From Octopus vulgaris (Eukaryota), in assembly GCA_951406725.2 (NCBI GenBank), contig OX597828.1, positions 56,482,001 through 56,546,000 of the forward strand: a stretch of DNA of 64,000 bases, written 5' to 3'. The notes under the pieces are model-generated. The model worked only from the letters and a program-made list of their open reading frames with translations. It did not search any database and was not told the origin of the DNA. The position numbers and the translations under genes were made by a program. Within the stretch, counting starts at the first letter, position 1, and every line of letters starts with the position of its first letter. Positions 11,764-23,805 of this stretch are shown piece by piece.

Positions 11764-12456
11764 CATTTATCTCCATTGAAAAGTGAATGCTGTGTTAGAA
11801 CACAGAATACTGCTATAGGTACCTCTGAATAATTACGATCCGGAACACTAATGTTGTAATTACAGATACGCGCGATTATTGCTACATAAAAAACCTGTGG
11901 TTCAGAAAATAACCTACTTCAGTTGATATTTCATTTCCTCAACACAAATTACAGTAGCGTTTGTAGAATCATAACTTACGATGAAATGTCATAAATCTGA
12001 AAAAGTTAATTGAAAATGTCTGTTATTCAGGATTATAAATGCTACACTTTTAACATAATAAAAAATATTTCGGATAGAAGAAGTGTTTAATTTTCAAGAT
12101 AGGTACACATACGCACACACGTATACACACAATACCTACGCATACTAATACACAAACATACACTCAGACATTACTTCCCCCTCATACACACACACTGAAA
12201 ATCAAACTTAATGTTTGAAGGTTTCTAAGTCTAAATTCTGCTGATATCGACTCCGAGTTTAACCATTTCAATGACGCAGACATAGGCACCATTTGAGCAT
12301 TACGTTCGACGCAGTTAACTACATCCACCTCCGGCATACATACACACACACGTACGCACACACACAAGCACCACCACCAACATAACATAATATTTCTAAC
12401 TGTAGTAGAAATATTATAGCAAATTATCAGCTGCTAAAGTGTCTATACACCATGTA

Positions 12457-12539
<83 letters not shown>

Positions 12540-12683
12540 ATAAAATTTAATATCATTTCACATACGGTTAGAATCGGTTTTTCAAACACCAAAAAATCTC
12601 TTACAAATTATCTCATGTGTTTGAAAAACCGTTTCTAACAGTATATATATTAATATATACATATAGGCATACATACACACACT

Positions 12684-12745
<62 letters not shown>

Positions 12746-12792
12746 GATACCCCCTCACCACTATCCACACCGCCCTTGCCAGAGCACGGTCC

Positions 12793-13452
12793 GTGGACCG
12801 TGTATCTGCTCTCTCTCCCCGAACCCGCCCTGTAGTCTCCCGCCCTGTAGTCTCCCGCCTCCCTTTTCCCCTCACTTACCACCCCACGACCCTACGTCTC
12901 CAACGCACCATTCTTCGAGCTTTCCGTCATCTCCAGTCCGACCCGTCCACTTCACACCTCTTTCCTAACCGACCCCTCCCCTCTTTCAAACGAGCCCACA
13001 ACCTTCGAGACCTTTTGGTCCATAGCTCCTTCCCTGACCCTACCTCCCAACCCGGCTCGTTCCCCTGCTCCCGCCCACGTTGCCGCACTTGCCCTTACCT
13101 CTCCAACACCACCCGCCTCACTAGCACCCACCATCGACCCTATCCCATCATCCACTCCTTCACCTGCACCTCCAGCAATTTTATCTATTGCATCTCTTGC
13201 TCTCTCTGCAATTCCTTGTACATCGGACAAACGGGACGCCGCTTGGCTGACCGGTTCGCGGAACACCTTCGTGACATCCAACTTGCGAACGACACACCGG
13301 TCTCACGCCATTTCCGCTCCACCGGTCACTCCTTGCAACACATATCTGTGTTCGGTTTGTCCTTACACAGAGGCCATCCGGATTCCCGTTTGCGCCGTGA
13401 ACAGGAATTAATCTTCTCTCTTCGCTCTTATACGCCATTTGATCTCAACTCT
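12793..13452 (+). pseudogene. Penelope-like ORF C-terminus: linker plus GIY-YIG endonuclease (5'-truncated)
   Basis: PLTYHP...NLRDLLVHS, CxxPRCxTC Zn linker, FIYCISC...LYIGQTGRRLADRFAEH, PVSRHF, RREQELI...PFDLN. The ORF reads on into the low-complexity UTR to 13785. Confidence 0.9.
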
Positions 13453-14279
13453 CCCCCTCCTCATCTAACCCCCCCTCTCCCCCGACCCCTACTTCTTCAG
13501 TCCTTCATCCTTTCACCCCTACTCCCCTTCCCTTCTTCCCTCTTTCTCCCTCCCTCTTCCCCTTCCCTCTGCTCCCTCACTCCCTCTCTCCCCCTCTCCC
13601 TCTTTCCTCCTTCATCCCCCTCCTCCCCTTCCTTCTCCCCATCCTCTCCTCTTCCCCCTTCTCCTCCCCCTCTTCTTCCCCTCCCCTTCTCCCCCCTCTT
13701 CTCCCCCTCTTCTCCCCCTCCCCCTCTTCTCCTCACTACACCACATGACTTTACACATCACATCACATATGATGTGCCATACTAATACACACACCAACTA
13801 ATACATACTAATACGTACTAATACATACTAGTACATACTAATACTTACACCAACCCTATACATACACACGTCCAGACCCCGCATCCGCACTTATACTCTC
13901 TCACACACACACACACACACCTATACATACCAATACGTACTAATACATACTAATACATACTAATACATACACCAACCCCATACATACGCACGTCCAGACC
14001 AATCCTACGCACTAATACTCTCTCATACACACACACACACACACCCTTATACATACTAATACATACACCAACCCTATACATACACACATCCAGACCCCTC
14101 CCACGCACTTTTAGCTGGTCCCTCAACCCTTTAATCAACCCTATTATCTCCCCTTATTTCGCTCTCGCGTCTCATGTTTGATCTTTGACCTCTGGCCGAA
14201 ATCAGATCGCCATGTTGATTCGTTAGCTACTGCACGCATTTTTTTTCTCTCCTTCTTTCTGTGTTTTTCTCTCTGTGTA

Positions 14280-14317
14280 TCTTTCTGTTGAAGAGCGTGG
14301 GCTCGAAACGTTAAAGA
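14280..14317 (+). ncRNA. Variant hammerhead-like motif, copy A
   Basis: TCTTT CTGTTGA A GAGC-GTGG-GCTC GAAA CGT T AAAGA. Confidence 0.55.
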
Positions 14318-14414
14318 CTTGTTTTATTTATATTTCCTGAGCGCCATACTAATACAATTGTTCGTTTGTTTTGCACCTGCCTTCGTCTTTTGTTTATTTT
14401 CATAAAGCTTCCCG

Positions 14415-14491
<77 letters not shown>

Positions 14492-14492
<1 letters not shown>

Positions 14493-14676
14493 TTCGCCAT
14501 GTCAGATCGCTACCCACTAATTTTTTTTTTCTCTGTTTATTTCTGCGATCCGTTCTGTCGAAGAGCGTAAGCTCGAAACGTAAATGACTTTCTGACTTCC
14601 AGAGCGCCAAACTAATACATCTGTTTGTTGTTTATACACCCGACTTCGTCTTTTGTATTTTTTTGTAAATTCTCTC
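14492..14676 (+). mobile_element. Short Penelope-like 3'-terminal fragment with variant hammerhead copy B (14551-14586)
   Basis: Homologous to 14205-14416. CGTT CTGTCGA A GAGC-GTAA-GCTC GAAA CGT A AATG. Flanked by microsatellites. Confidence 0.7.
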
Positions 14677-14702
14677 TGTATGTATGTATGTATGTATGTA
14701 TG

Positions 14703-14756
<54 letters not shown>

Positions 14757-14769
<13 letters not shown>

Positions 14770-15130
14770 TTAGAGACAAAACCACTATTTTGTAAATCAA
14801 ACAAGGAAAGACTTAATCAAAACATTAAAAAATTTAATATAAAGTAAATAAATCGCCACTACAGTTGTTTCCTGTCTTCAAATGACATTCATCAGATTGA
14901 ATGGAAGATATGAAATCCACCTGATGAATGTCATTTGAAGACAGGAAACAATTGTAGTGGCGATTTATTTACTTTATATTAATTTTTTTTTATGTTTTGA
15001 TTAAGTCTTTCCTTGTTTGATTTACAAAATAGTGGTTTTGTCTCTAATTAATATTATATAATATTTTACTATAAAATTGGATTCAATCCTAAATCTGATT
15101 TTTCCCTGTAAATTTGGATTTATTCCCTAA

Positions 15131-15134
<4 letters not shown>
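14757..15134 (+). mobile_element. Palindromic hammerhead-bearing terminal fragment (arms 14757-14895 and 14921-15060), probably Penelope-like
   Basis: ~140-bp near-perfect inverted repeat with 25-nt spacer, between (TA)n tracts. Confidence 0.75.
14917..14960 (+). ncRNA. Type I hammerhead ribozyme motif (A.G at the base of stem II)
   Basis: CCAC CTGATGA A TGTC-ATTTGAA-GACA G GAAA CAATTG T A GTGG. Stem III ACAATTGT is palindromic; GUA triplet. Confidence 0.7.
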
Positions 15135-15221
<87 letters not shown>

Positions 15222-15319
15222 CTGTAGCCTCTAAAATGCACGCCATTCTCAACCACTGGGGGCGCTCCGATAGTATCACTCCATAACCATCGTATTTACT
15301 TGTTTACTCCATTTATTTC

Positions 15320-15610
15320 TTGTAGCGTGGCAACCGCCAACGTTGTCCATGTTGCTTGGCATTTTCACTCACAAACGAGGTGTGCCTGTAGGTTACTACC
15401 AACTGGTATTTTTTTCGAGACAGCATATATTTCAAGGTAGTCCACCAAGGCGACAGGTGCTTCGGTACCCTGGGTTTCAACTTAGAGCGTTCCTTCTCCT
15501 AGGCTGCTTGCCATCCAAAGCTAGCAAATAACCGGAGCCCTGGTTATTTGAAGGCGCCAGATAGTCGTCTTTTCCCACACTTCTCATGGTTTGGCGAAGG
15601 AGTCGGGCTT
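15320..15610 (-). mobile_element. Possible RTE-clade LINE 5'-UTR-like fragment
   Basis: Minus strand has GGCAAGCAGCCTAGGAGAAGGAACGCTCTAAG, resembling the conserved RTE 5' motif. Recalled similarity only; single copy in this window. Confidence 0.35.
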
Positions 15611-15937
15611 CACTGTCAGAGAACAGTTCATGCACTGACATACATTTGTCTGGAGCAAGCCTCTGGTGTAAGCAATAAAACGTCTGTAGAAGCGCCCAAG
15701 CTCTGTTGACTCATGTGTTCCAACTCAAGACCAGATATTTCTAACATCTTCGACGCTTGATCTCATTCTGCCTCTCGACACCATTCTTGAGGCAGTACTA
15801 ATGGAATGGTTTCTCAGTGGCGTTTTACAACTTTGTATATATATATATATATATATTTATACATGCAGATAAACCTATATGTTGTATGTGTGCGTGCGTG
15901 TGTATACATATACATATCTATTCATAGTAGATCCAAA

Positions 15938-16352
15938 GGTGCATGAGAGGCTGTGTAGTAAGAAGCTTGTATCTCAACCACACGTTCCAGATGCAGTCTC
16001 ACTGCGTGGCACCTTGGGCAGTTATCTTCTACTGTAGTGTCGGGCCGACCAAAGCCTTGTAAGTGGATTTGGTGGATAGAAACGGAAAGAAGATTGTCGT
16101 ACATATGTATGTGTGTGCATGTGTGCGCGTGTGTGTGTGTGTGAGTATGTGCGAGTGTTTGTGTCTTTATGTATTTGTGTGTCTGCATTTGTTCTCCCAC
16201 CATCGCTTGACAACCGATGCTTGTGTCTACGTCTAACGTAACTTAGCGATTTTGCAAGAAAGTCCAATAGAATAAGAACTAGGCTTACAAAGTTTGTCTA
16301 ACTAAAGATACCGGACCAGCATGGCAACCGTCAAATGACTGAAAGGAATGAC
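15938..16352 (+). mobile_element. Near full-length SINE family B copy with internal (TG)n
   Basis: tRNA-like head (GGCTGTGTAGTAAGAAGCTTG...). Parts shared with 2803-2930, 3590-3725 and 54170-54355. Confidence 0.8.
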
Positions 16353-16443
16353 TCAAAAATATTTTTAAATGAGTGTGTGTGCGCGCGCATATGTATGCAT
16401 ACATATACATATATACACGTATATACATACACCCACCCACACA

Positions 16444-16575
<132 letters not shown>

Positions 16576-16655
16576 CTAACACCGATACGCACAAACATGC
16601 ACGATCAAAACACACGCACATATTCGCGCACTTACACATGCTTACATACACACAT

Positions 16656-16687
<32 letters not shown>

Positions 16688-16999
16688 CACTCTTAAGCAG
16701 AAAGCGAAAGAATTTGTTTACTTTTTCATCAAAATATACGACTGGCTTTAATCATTTCAGAAACGATTTAGTCATGCTAAAATAAAAGGAAATGTAAATT
16801 GAAATGAATTAAGTTTAATCTGCCATGATACTTGCTCTGGAAGCGCATAAATTTTTGTTACAGAAATCAGTTGCTGCTGGTATTTCTCTGCCTTTTAGAT
16901 CGTTAATGCTTCAAAGTATACAAACAGCTACACTATTTCTATCAGTGGAACCTTTTCTTGTTATTTATGCAGAAGTGACTGTAATTTGTAGCAGCCGCA

Positions 17000-18720
17000 A
17001 TGCTTGTGTCTGTAGTAACCGTAGTTGACACGGTCTAACAAGCGGCAGCAGTAATGTTGGCACCTTCATAAACATTTGCAGTAAGATTGAATGTAGCTGA
17101 CTCCCGATCTCTTTAAGAATCGTGGTCGCTATTTCGTTCTAAGGATTGTTTCTTCTTGCATGCGATGTATTGTGTATTGGAAAATCTAATTAGGTAGATT
17201 TGTAAAATTTGTTTCTCTCCTACGTATATACCTTTGTATTCACTGACTCTCCTTTGTTTGTCTTTCCGTATGTAAATTTGTGATCTACACCGTTTCATGC
17301 GTCCTCTTATGGTTCGACATAAGCAGTTCTCTCCACATCATAAGCATCTAAAATCATAGATTAGATTCTCAGATGTTCAGTTGACGTTGATTTTTATTGA
17401 CAAGAGCTGCTTTTTCCCAAAGGGGTTCTCCGATCTTTCTGTCAGCATAAAACATACACCACAGAAGATCTTCTACAACTTTTGTCAGCTGGTTTCCTTG
17501 TTATAGTTTAAAGTTTGGTCTTTATTAGTATTTTCCATTCATATGGCTTTTCCCTTTGCTGTTGATTCAGCGGTTTTAGAGGCTTTGGCTTTGTCTAGGT
17601 TCCTTATACAGTGTAAGGACGTTCTGGAATATATTGTTATACGACTGATTGTTTTGGATATTGTAGCAGTCTGATATATTTTTCTTTCGTTTGCCTTAGT
17701 TTCTGACATTACATTTCTTGGCACGATGTATTAATTCACATATATTAGCATAAGATACTATAGTGTCGATCATTTTGACTAGGATATGATGAGCATTTAT
17801 CCTGATGTATTCGATGGTACAAAAGTAATGCCATATATTGTTTGAAGTCTGTAGGCTTATTGTCCTATTACATTTCTCTTTGTCTTTGTTAGTCCTACTA
17901 TATGTAAATTGGTGTTGATATTCTTCATAAGTATTTGTAAAAGAGAGAGTTGGTTATGCCGATTTTCAATGGTAAAATGTAGGTTTTTACTTATTTTAAT
18001 AAGAAGATTTCAGAATTTTTAAGATTAATGTTTTCATCTCACAGAACGAAGTAATTGTAGACATATCTTTTCCAGTTTTTCATATTTTGAAGAAAGACTT
18101 TCCATATCTTCGTAGTGATGTTTGGTACATCATAATTCCTTGATTATCCCATGAGCTGATTTCTTAGGACAGGCCTGTTTTCTTCCTTGTCGCAGCCCCA
18201 ATTTGTCCTGGAAAAATTGTCACTGAACACCAAAAAGTTACTTTCTCCAAGACATTTTGGTATTTCTATTATAAATCATTCATTTATGATATCCAGAATG
18301 TCACTTGAATACTTAAAGGCCTCGATTCTAACCAGGAGGGATATTGCAAAAGTAATAATCTACATTGAACAAACAATCATATTTTTTCCATCACTGTTTT
18401 CCGATGTCATTCAGAGACAGTTGTATTAAGATAGCTAAGACGTTAGTCAGGTGGCGAGTTCCAGACGATGGACCAGCTATGCTTAGTCTTAATTTAAAAT
18501 CATTTGTTAATAGCAGGTTGATGCGTATGTTTATGGTTATAAAAGATCCAACATCAACACTGCTACCAATCTCACCATCCAAAGTATGATCAATATCACA
18601 GGTACATAATGCTGGCAACAAATCACATGCAGATTTTTATGGCAGGCAAAAACATCAGTTCCGAAATAATATTATACATATAACGTGCCAAAATACATAT
18701 ACTTAAGACTGACATAGAAA
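17000..18720 (-). mobile_element. Heavily decayed Penelope-like element (RT region)
   Basis: Minus-strand fragments LRLSIAGPSSGTRHL (RPII-type RT motif), WKRYVYNYFVL (YxDD region) and a C-x-x-x-I-YI remnant. Many stops and frameshifts. Confidence 0.55.
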
Positions 18721-18725
18721 TAATA

Positions 18726-18767
<42 letters not shown>

Positions 18768-18769
<2 letters not shown>

Positions 18770-19405
18770 CAAAAGGGACAAGAACGCAAAACATCTAGAT
18801 AGACGATACAAAGAAAACAAGGACGGGTGGTTCAACGTTTTCTTTCCTCAGTCAAGCACCAGATCATCCTCGCAATTTTGACTGCTCATTCTTGAGGTTG
18901 CGCCAATCTGACCAGCCCCATCGGAAAATATAAGCTAAGCGCATTAGAGTCCTTGGAAGAAAGCAGCGAACGCATACAAAAATAAGTACGGAAAAGCAGA
19001 CAATTTTTCACAAATTTAAATACTATAAAAATAATAACTGGACATAACAACAGGTTCCTTTCGACTAAGGACGAATTGGATTAAGCTGGCGCGTGTGGAA
19101 ATGAAGCCTTACGGCAGAGATACAAGGGTTTCAGAAACACAGGGAAGAATATCGATGTTGCACGTACAACAGTTAGACCAAGAAAGAAAGAACAGGCTTG
19201 GCCGAACGGCGGTCACGTGGGAAGCTAAGAGAGAGGAGTAGATGCAGAGAAAAACTTACAGGGACACAGTGAAGGGAAAAGTGGAGGGGAAGTGAGTAAG
19301 AAGAGAAGGCAAAGAAATGTGAGAGAGGGGGAACGAAAGAACTAAGAGTGGAATGAACAAATAGGCGTGAAGGGGCTACTAGACAGAAACCGGGTAGAGT
19401 ATACA
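18768..19405 (-). mobile_element. Unclassified repeat, possibly a 3' UTR of another Penelope-like family
   Basis: Pyrimidine-rich on the minus strand and ends at (TA)n like the other PLE 3' ends. No coding signal. Confidence 0.3.
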
Positions 19406-20707
19406 CATGTGTATGTATGTATATGTGTGTGTGTGATTGTGCGTATTTGTGTGTCTATCTGTGTGTGTTTGTGTGTCTGAGAGAGCTATGAATATAAGTC
19501 AGAGTGGAACGTTACTAGCGAAAATATTGTCAGATATAGGATATATAGGATATATATGATATATAAGATAAATTGTCATATATATCTATTTACAGACACA
19601 CAAACAATTTATACAGTGTGAGTATATACATCGAACAACATTTTTTTAATTCCTCATTTTAAAGTATAATTTCGGCCAACATTGTACACAGACAAAAATA
19701 TCATAGAACATAGGCAATTATTCATTCATAGTTTGGCCTTTAAATTTATTTATGCTTCTAAAATATTCAGATTTTATGCTCTATAAATCATATGAATTTT
19801 AATAACATTTGCATACGTTTTAAATTAAAGATACACAGAAGAGTAAACAATTCAAAACTTGAAATACTATATAAATTATTTCCTCTCTTCTGAATTCTAA
19901 CTTTTTAAAGTTATTTTTTAAATGAACGAATTTAATGATGGCACATTTCCAATATATACTATCGATGTATTTTGCTGGGAATATAATTGTCTCCAGATAA
20001 TGCTACAAATATTAGTAGAACAATTTAAATAAACATGATATGACATGAAAATATACATATTTAAATGAAAAGCAATTAATGGACTACGTATTTCTATCCT
20101 CTAAAGAATTTGAAACGGCATACTAAATTACCGGTGATTAGATATTTAAATGAGGAATTTTTATAATATATTCACACGTCAATAACCGTCTCTTCTATGG
20201 TTGTGGACCAACGTGATGCCAGAAATCAAAGTGTTGCTTGATACGTCTGCACAATACAACAATATTAGTCAGAACTTACGAATCTCTGTCGAGATATGCA
20301 TTGGGAAATCAATTATGAAGTTCAAGAAGTAGAGCAATCGCACCGTAACTTAAGGATTCTTCTCCCCAGATTAATAAAAGACTTGTAGAAATTTCAGGTA
20401 ACTCGTAACATTTGATCCGGTGGAAGGAGACTTAATTATTAATACTGGGCCTTTCGATGGAACAAACACAAAATATTAGATCAGCTATCATTACCAAGGA
20501 TGTTAATTCGAACTTATCACTACTGAGGTATATTTATTTGGAATTGTATACAACTTTGGAGCTATTGGCAAACTTTAGGAAATACATTTTAACACTTTTG
20601 GAAAATTGGAAGACGTTTATGTTCAAAGCAATTTATATAAATTTCACGAAAAGTAGAAAGGAGGAATTCCATAAAATCGCCAAAGGTATACATGTAAACA
20701 ACAAAAG

Positions 20708-20752
<45 letters not shown>

Positions 20753-20756
<4 letters not shown>

Positions 20757-21605
20757 GAATTTTAAAAAATACAGAAGGCGTAGATGGGTGTGTAAACAAC
20801 AAATTGATGCATTAGTTTAACGCCGCTACGCAATTGAGAAAGTCTTTTACGTTTCGAACCTACGTTCTTCGACAGAAAGGAAGGCAGAAATAAATAGGGA
20901 AAGAAAGCAGAAAAAGCTATAATATCTAGCGATCTATCATGACGAAAGCCGGACAGAGAGGTGACACAGGAGTGCTAGGAAGAAGGGGAGATAATAAAGT
21001 AGTGGTGATCCCAAACGAAGGTGCACTTGCGGGTCTATGTGAGAGCGTGCATGTGCATGCGTGTGGAAGGGGGGTGACATTGACGTGTTCGTGTATGTGT
21101 GTGTGTGCATGTGTAGGTGTGTGGATAGGTGTAGGTGCTAGGAAGTGAGCAGTGGTAGTGTGTGCGCTGGTGTGGGTGCTGGGAAGTGGTCAGTGCTAGT
21201 GGATGCGGGGTGGTGTGATGTGGTGTGGTGGTGTGCGGTGTAATGTAGTGGTGTTGGGATGTGGAGAAGAGTGGGGGATGTGAGACTGGGTCTAAGGAAT
21301 GTGGTGGGGTGGGATGTGATGTATAGTGATGGTGGGTTTGGAATATGCATGGTTGGGGTAACGAGGGAGAGGTTGGCAATGAAGAGAGAAGGAGTGAAGA
21401 GAGGAAGTAGGTACCAAACAAGAGAGGAGAGGTGGGTAGGTGGAAGTAGGTGTGAGAGGAAGAGAGGACAGAGGAGGATGGTTAGAAGAAGAGGGGGTTG
21501 AACCCATGTGGCGCAAAGGAGTAAGAGAGAAGATTAATCCCTGCTCACAGCGAAAACGGGAGTGCGGATGTCCCCTGTGCAAGGACAATCCGAATACAGA
21601 CATGT
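20753..21605 (-). mobile_element. 3' fragment of the same Penelope-like family as 12743-14416, with variant hammerhead copy C (20844-20879)
   Basis: Encodes HMSVFGLSLHRGHPHSRFRCEQGLIFSL, matching HISVFGLSLHRGHPDSRLRREQELIFSL. Ends at (TA)n 20709-20752. Confidence 0.88.
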
Positions 21606-21981
21606 GTGTATGTGTATATGTGTATGAGCATGCGCACATATGTGTACGAGCGTGTGTGTATGCGTGTGTTTAAGCGCCTCATTTGTCGAAGATAATCTAG
21701 AACAATTGAAGTGATGATGTTGCCTGTTGAGCCAGAAACATATGTCTACATTTCTTATCTTCAAATAATCAGGATGCTCTAAGCCGATTTCACGATTCTT
21801 CAGGATTAACCCACTCCAAATTTATAGTTAGTACAACTTACCACTATGCTATAGGCCTCATCTATCTGAAAGAATGGATCTTGTACGTTATTTAGCATAA
21901 CCTTAATCGTCTTAAATATCTAATTATTTCATTTATTCTCAACCGCTCATTAAAGAGGAGGAGCTTATTTTTTTCTTTTTC

Positions 21982-22025
<44 letters not shown>

Positions 22026-22027
<2 letters not shown>

Positions 22028-22260
22028 GGAGTAAACACATAAATGTGAAACAAGGTGGAAAAAAGAGTACTCAAATACCAGTGGTAGAGTAATATGCTTT
22101 ATTTAAAGCAGCAGAAAATTCAACAAAACCTGTTACTCTGAGTTTCCCGTTGCCGTTCATCGGACAGTTTTTTCTAGCAAAAACTGTCCGATGAACGGCA
22201 ACGGGAAACTCAGAGTAACAGGTTTTGCTGAATTTTCTGCTGCTTTAAATAAAGTATATA
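22026..22260. mobile_element. Palindromic hammerhead-bearing fragment (arms 22092-22172 and 22179-22259)
   Basis: 81-bp inverted repeat with 2 mismatches and 6-nt spacer, between (TA)n tracts. Confidence 0.8.
22184..22221 (+). ncRNA. Hammerhead ribozyme motif, U4C variant (mirror copy on minus at 22130-22167)
   Basis: CTGT CCGATGA A CG-GCAA-CG G GAAA CTCAGAG T A ACAG; GUA triplet. Confidence 0.6.
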
Positions 22261-22261
22261 T

Positions 22262-22303
<42 letters not shown>

Positions 22304-22810
22304 GCTATATTTATGTTTCCGTTTTATTTCACACAACGGTTTTCTTTTTAATTTTTACTACGTCCAGTATGTTATGTACATAGACACGGGCAATTATATA
22401 AATTTCCTGATACTCACATGATAAATACAGTAAAGAAATATATGTAAGGTTTCTCTAGGCATCTAGCTAACTTGATAATTATCTTAATATTAAGTTTTCT
22501 GCTCATTACTAGTCATTTGCAGAAATCCGGTTATCTCACCGTAGCTATCACATTGTTAGAAAAATTGCTGATGGGTTGTAAAATTTAATTGTAACATATG
22601 CAGTTCTATATATACATAAATATGTACAGGGATATACACAAACACAGATACTTACATATATAGAGATATGAAATTAAGAGTATTAATAATGAGAATAAGC
22701 ATTATATGTTTTTTAAATAGTGAATACTGAAATGTATTCGTTCCACTAAAACTCTTCGAAGCACTGTCACAGCATGGCCGTAGTCTAATGACTGAATCAA
22801 GTAAATGATA

Positions 22811-22851
<41 letters not shown>

Positions 22852-23038
22852 TTAGAGATATCGAAAATACAAATAAACACATACAACAAAAGACAACAGG
22901 ACGTACACAGAAAATATAATAAACTGACGCTCAGTTTCAGATGGAAAAAAAAGGGTGTGAAACGTTCGAGCCCTCTTCGGGAGAAATAGGAGAGAGGAAA
23001 GGCTCGCAGTCAATGGGGGTGAATCCTTAGCGCACATA

Positions 23039-23439
23039 GGTGGCGCGGTGGCAGAACAGTCAGCACGCCGGGCGAAATGCTTAGCGGTATTTCGTCTGTC
23101 GTTATGTTCTGAGTTCAAATTCCGCCGAGGTCAACTTTGACTTTCATCCTTTCGGGGTCGATTAAATAAGTACCAGTTACGCACTGGGGTCGATATAATC
23201 TGCTTAATACCTATGTCTGTCCTTGTTTGTCCCTTGTGGGTAGTAAAGAAATGGGTATTTCGTCTGTCTTCAACGTTCTGAGTTCAAATTCCGCTGACGT
23301 CGACTTTGCCTTTCATCATTTCGGGGTCGATAAATTAAGTACTAGTTGTGTACTGGGGACGATGTAATCGACTTAATCCGTTTGTCTGTCCTTGTTTGTC
23401 CCCTCTATGTTTAGCTCCTTCTGGGCAATAAAGAAATAA
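23039..23439 (+). mobile_element. Dimeric SINE family A insertion with 17-bp TSD
   Basis: TSD GAATCCTTAGCGCACAT at 23021-23037 and 23440-23456. A-box-like TGGCAGAAC and B-box GAGTTCAAATTCC. Second, headless monomer from ~23254. Confidence 0.92.
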
Positions 23440-23805
23440 GAATCCTTAGCGCACATGAAAAAAAAAGAAACAAAACAGCATTTTATTCGTTCAGTTTCAG
23501 CCAAGGTCAACTTTCAGCCAAGGTCAACATTCCAGGGTCCATAAAATAAGACCCAGCTGAGCACGGAGATCGCTGTCACTAAATTATTCATCACCCTACA
23601 ATTACTAACCATTATTTCCAGTGCTGTAAGGGGACGAAACTCGCAAAATAGTTTGCACGCCGGGCTAAATGCTTGGCATTTCATCGCAGGGGTCGATTTT
23701 GCCTTTCATCATTTGAACATTTGGGGATAATGTAATAGACGTAATTCCTTTCTCGAAACTGCTGGCCTGCCAAAATTTTAACGCAGTCTTTCGCCAGTGC
23801 TAAAA

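Larger units (their letters stand above)
12743..14416 (+). mobile_element. 5'-truncated Penelope-like retroelement between (TA)n tracts
   Basis: GIY-YIG coding part, C-rich 3' UTR with minisatellite, hammerhead-like motif at 14280-14317, ends at (TA)n. A second copy of the 3' part lies at 20753-21605 (minus). Confidence 0.9.

Noticed and set aside
15480-15610. HDV-like ribozyme in the RTE-like 5' fragment
   Set aside because: Could not build the nested double pseudoknot by eye; needs a descriptor-based search.
18860-18900. Hammerhead-like spacing on minus (CCTC...AAAATTGC GAGG)
   Set aside because: Core nucleotides do not match and there is no second copy to test covariation.
22955-22990. 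Fifth variant-hammerhead-like sequence on minus (CCCGAAGAGGGCTCGAACGTT)
   Set aside because: GAAA and stems are disrupted; not counted.
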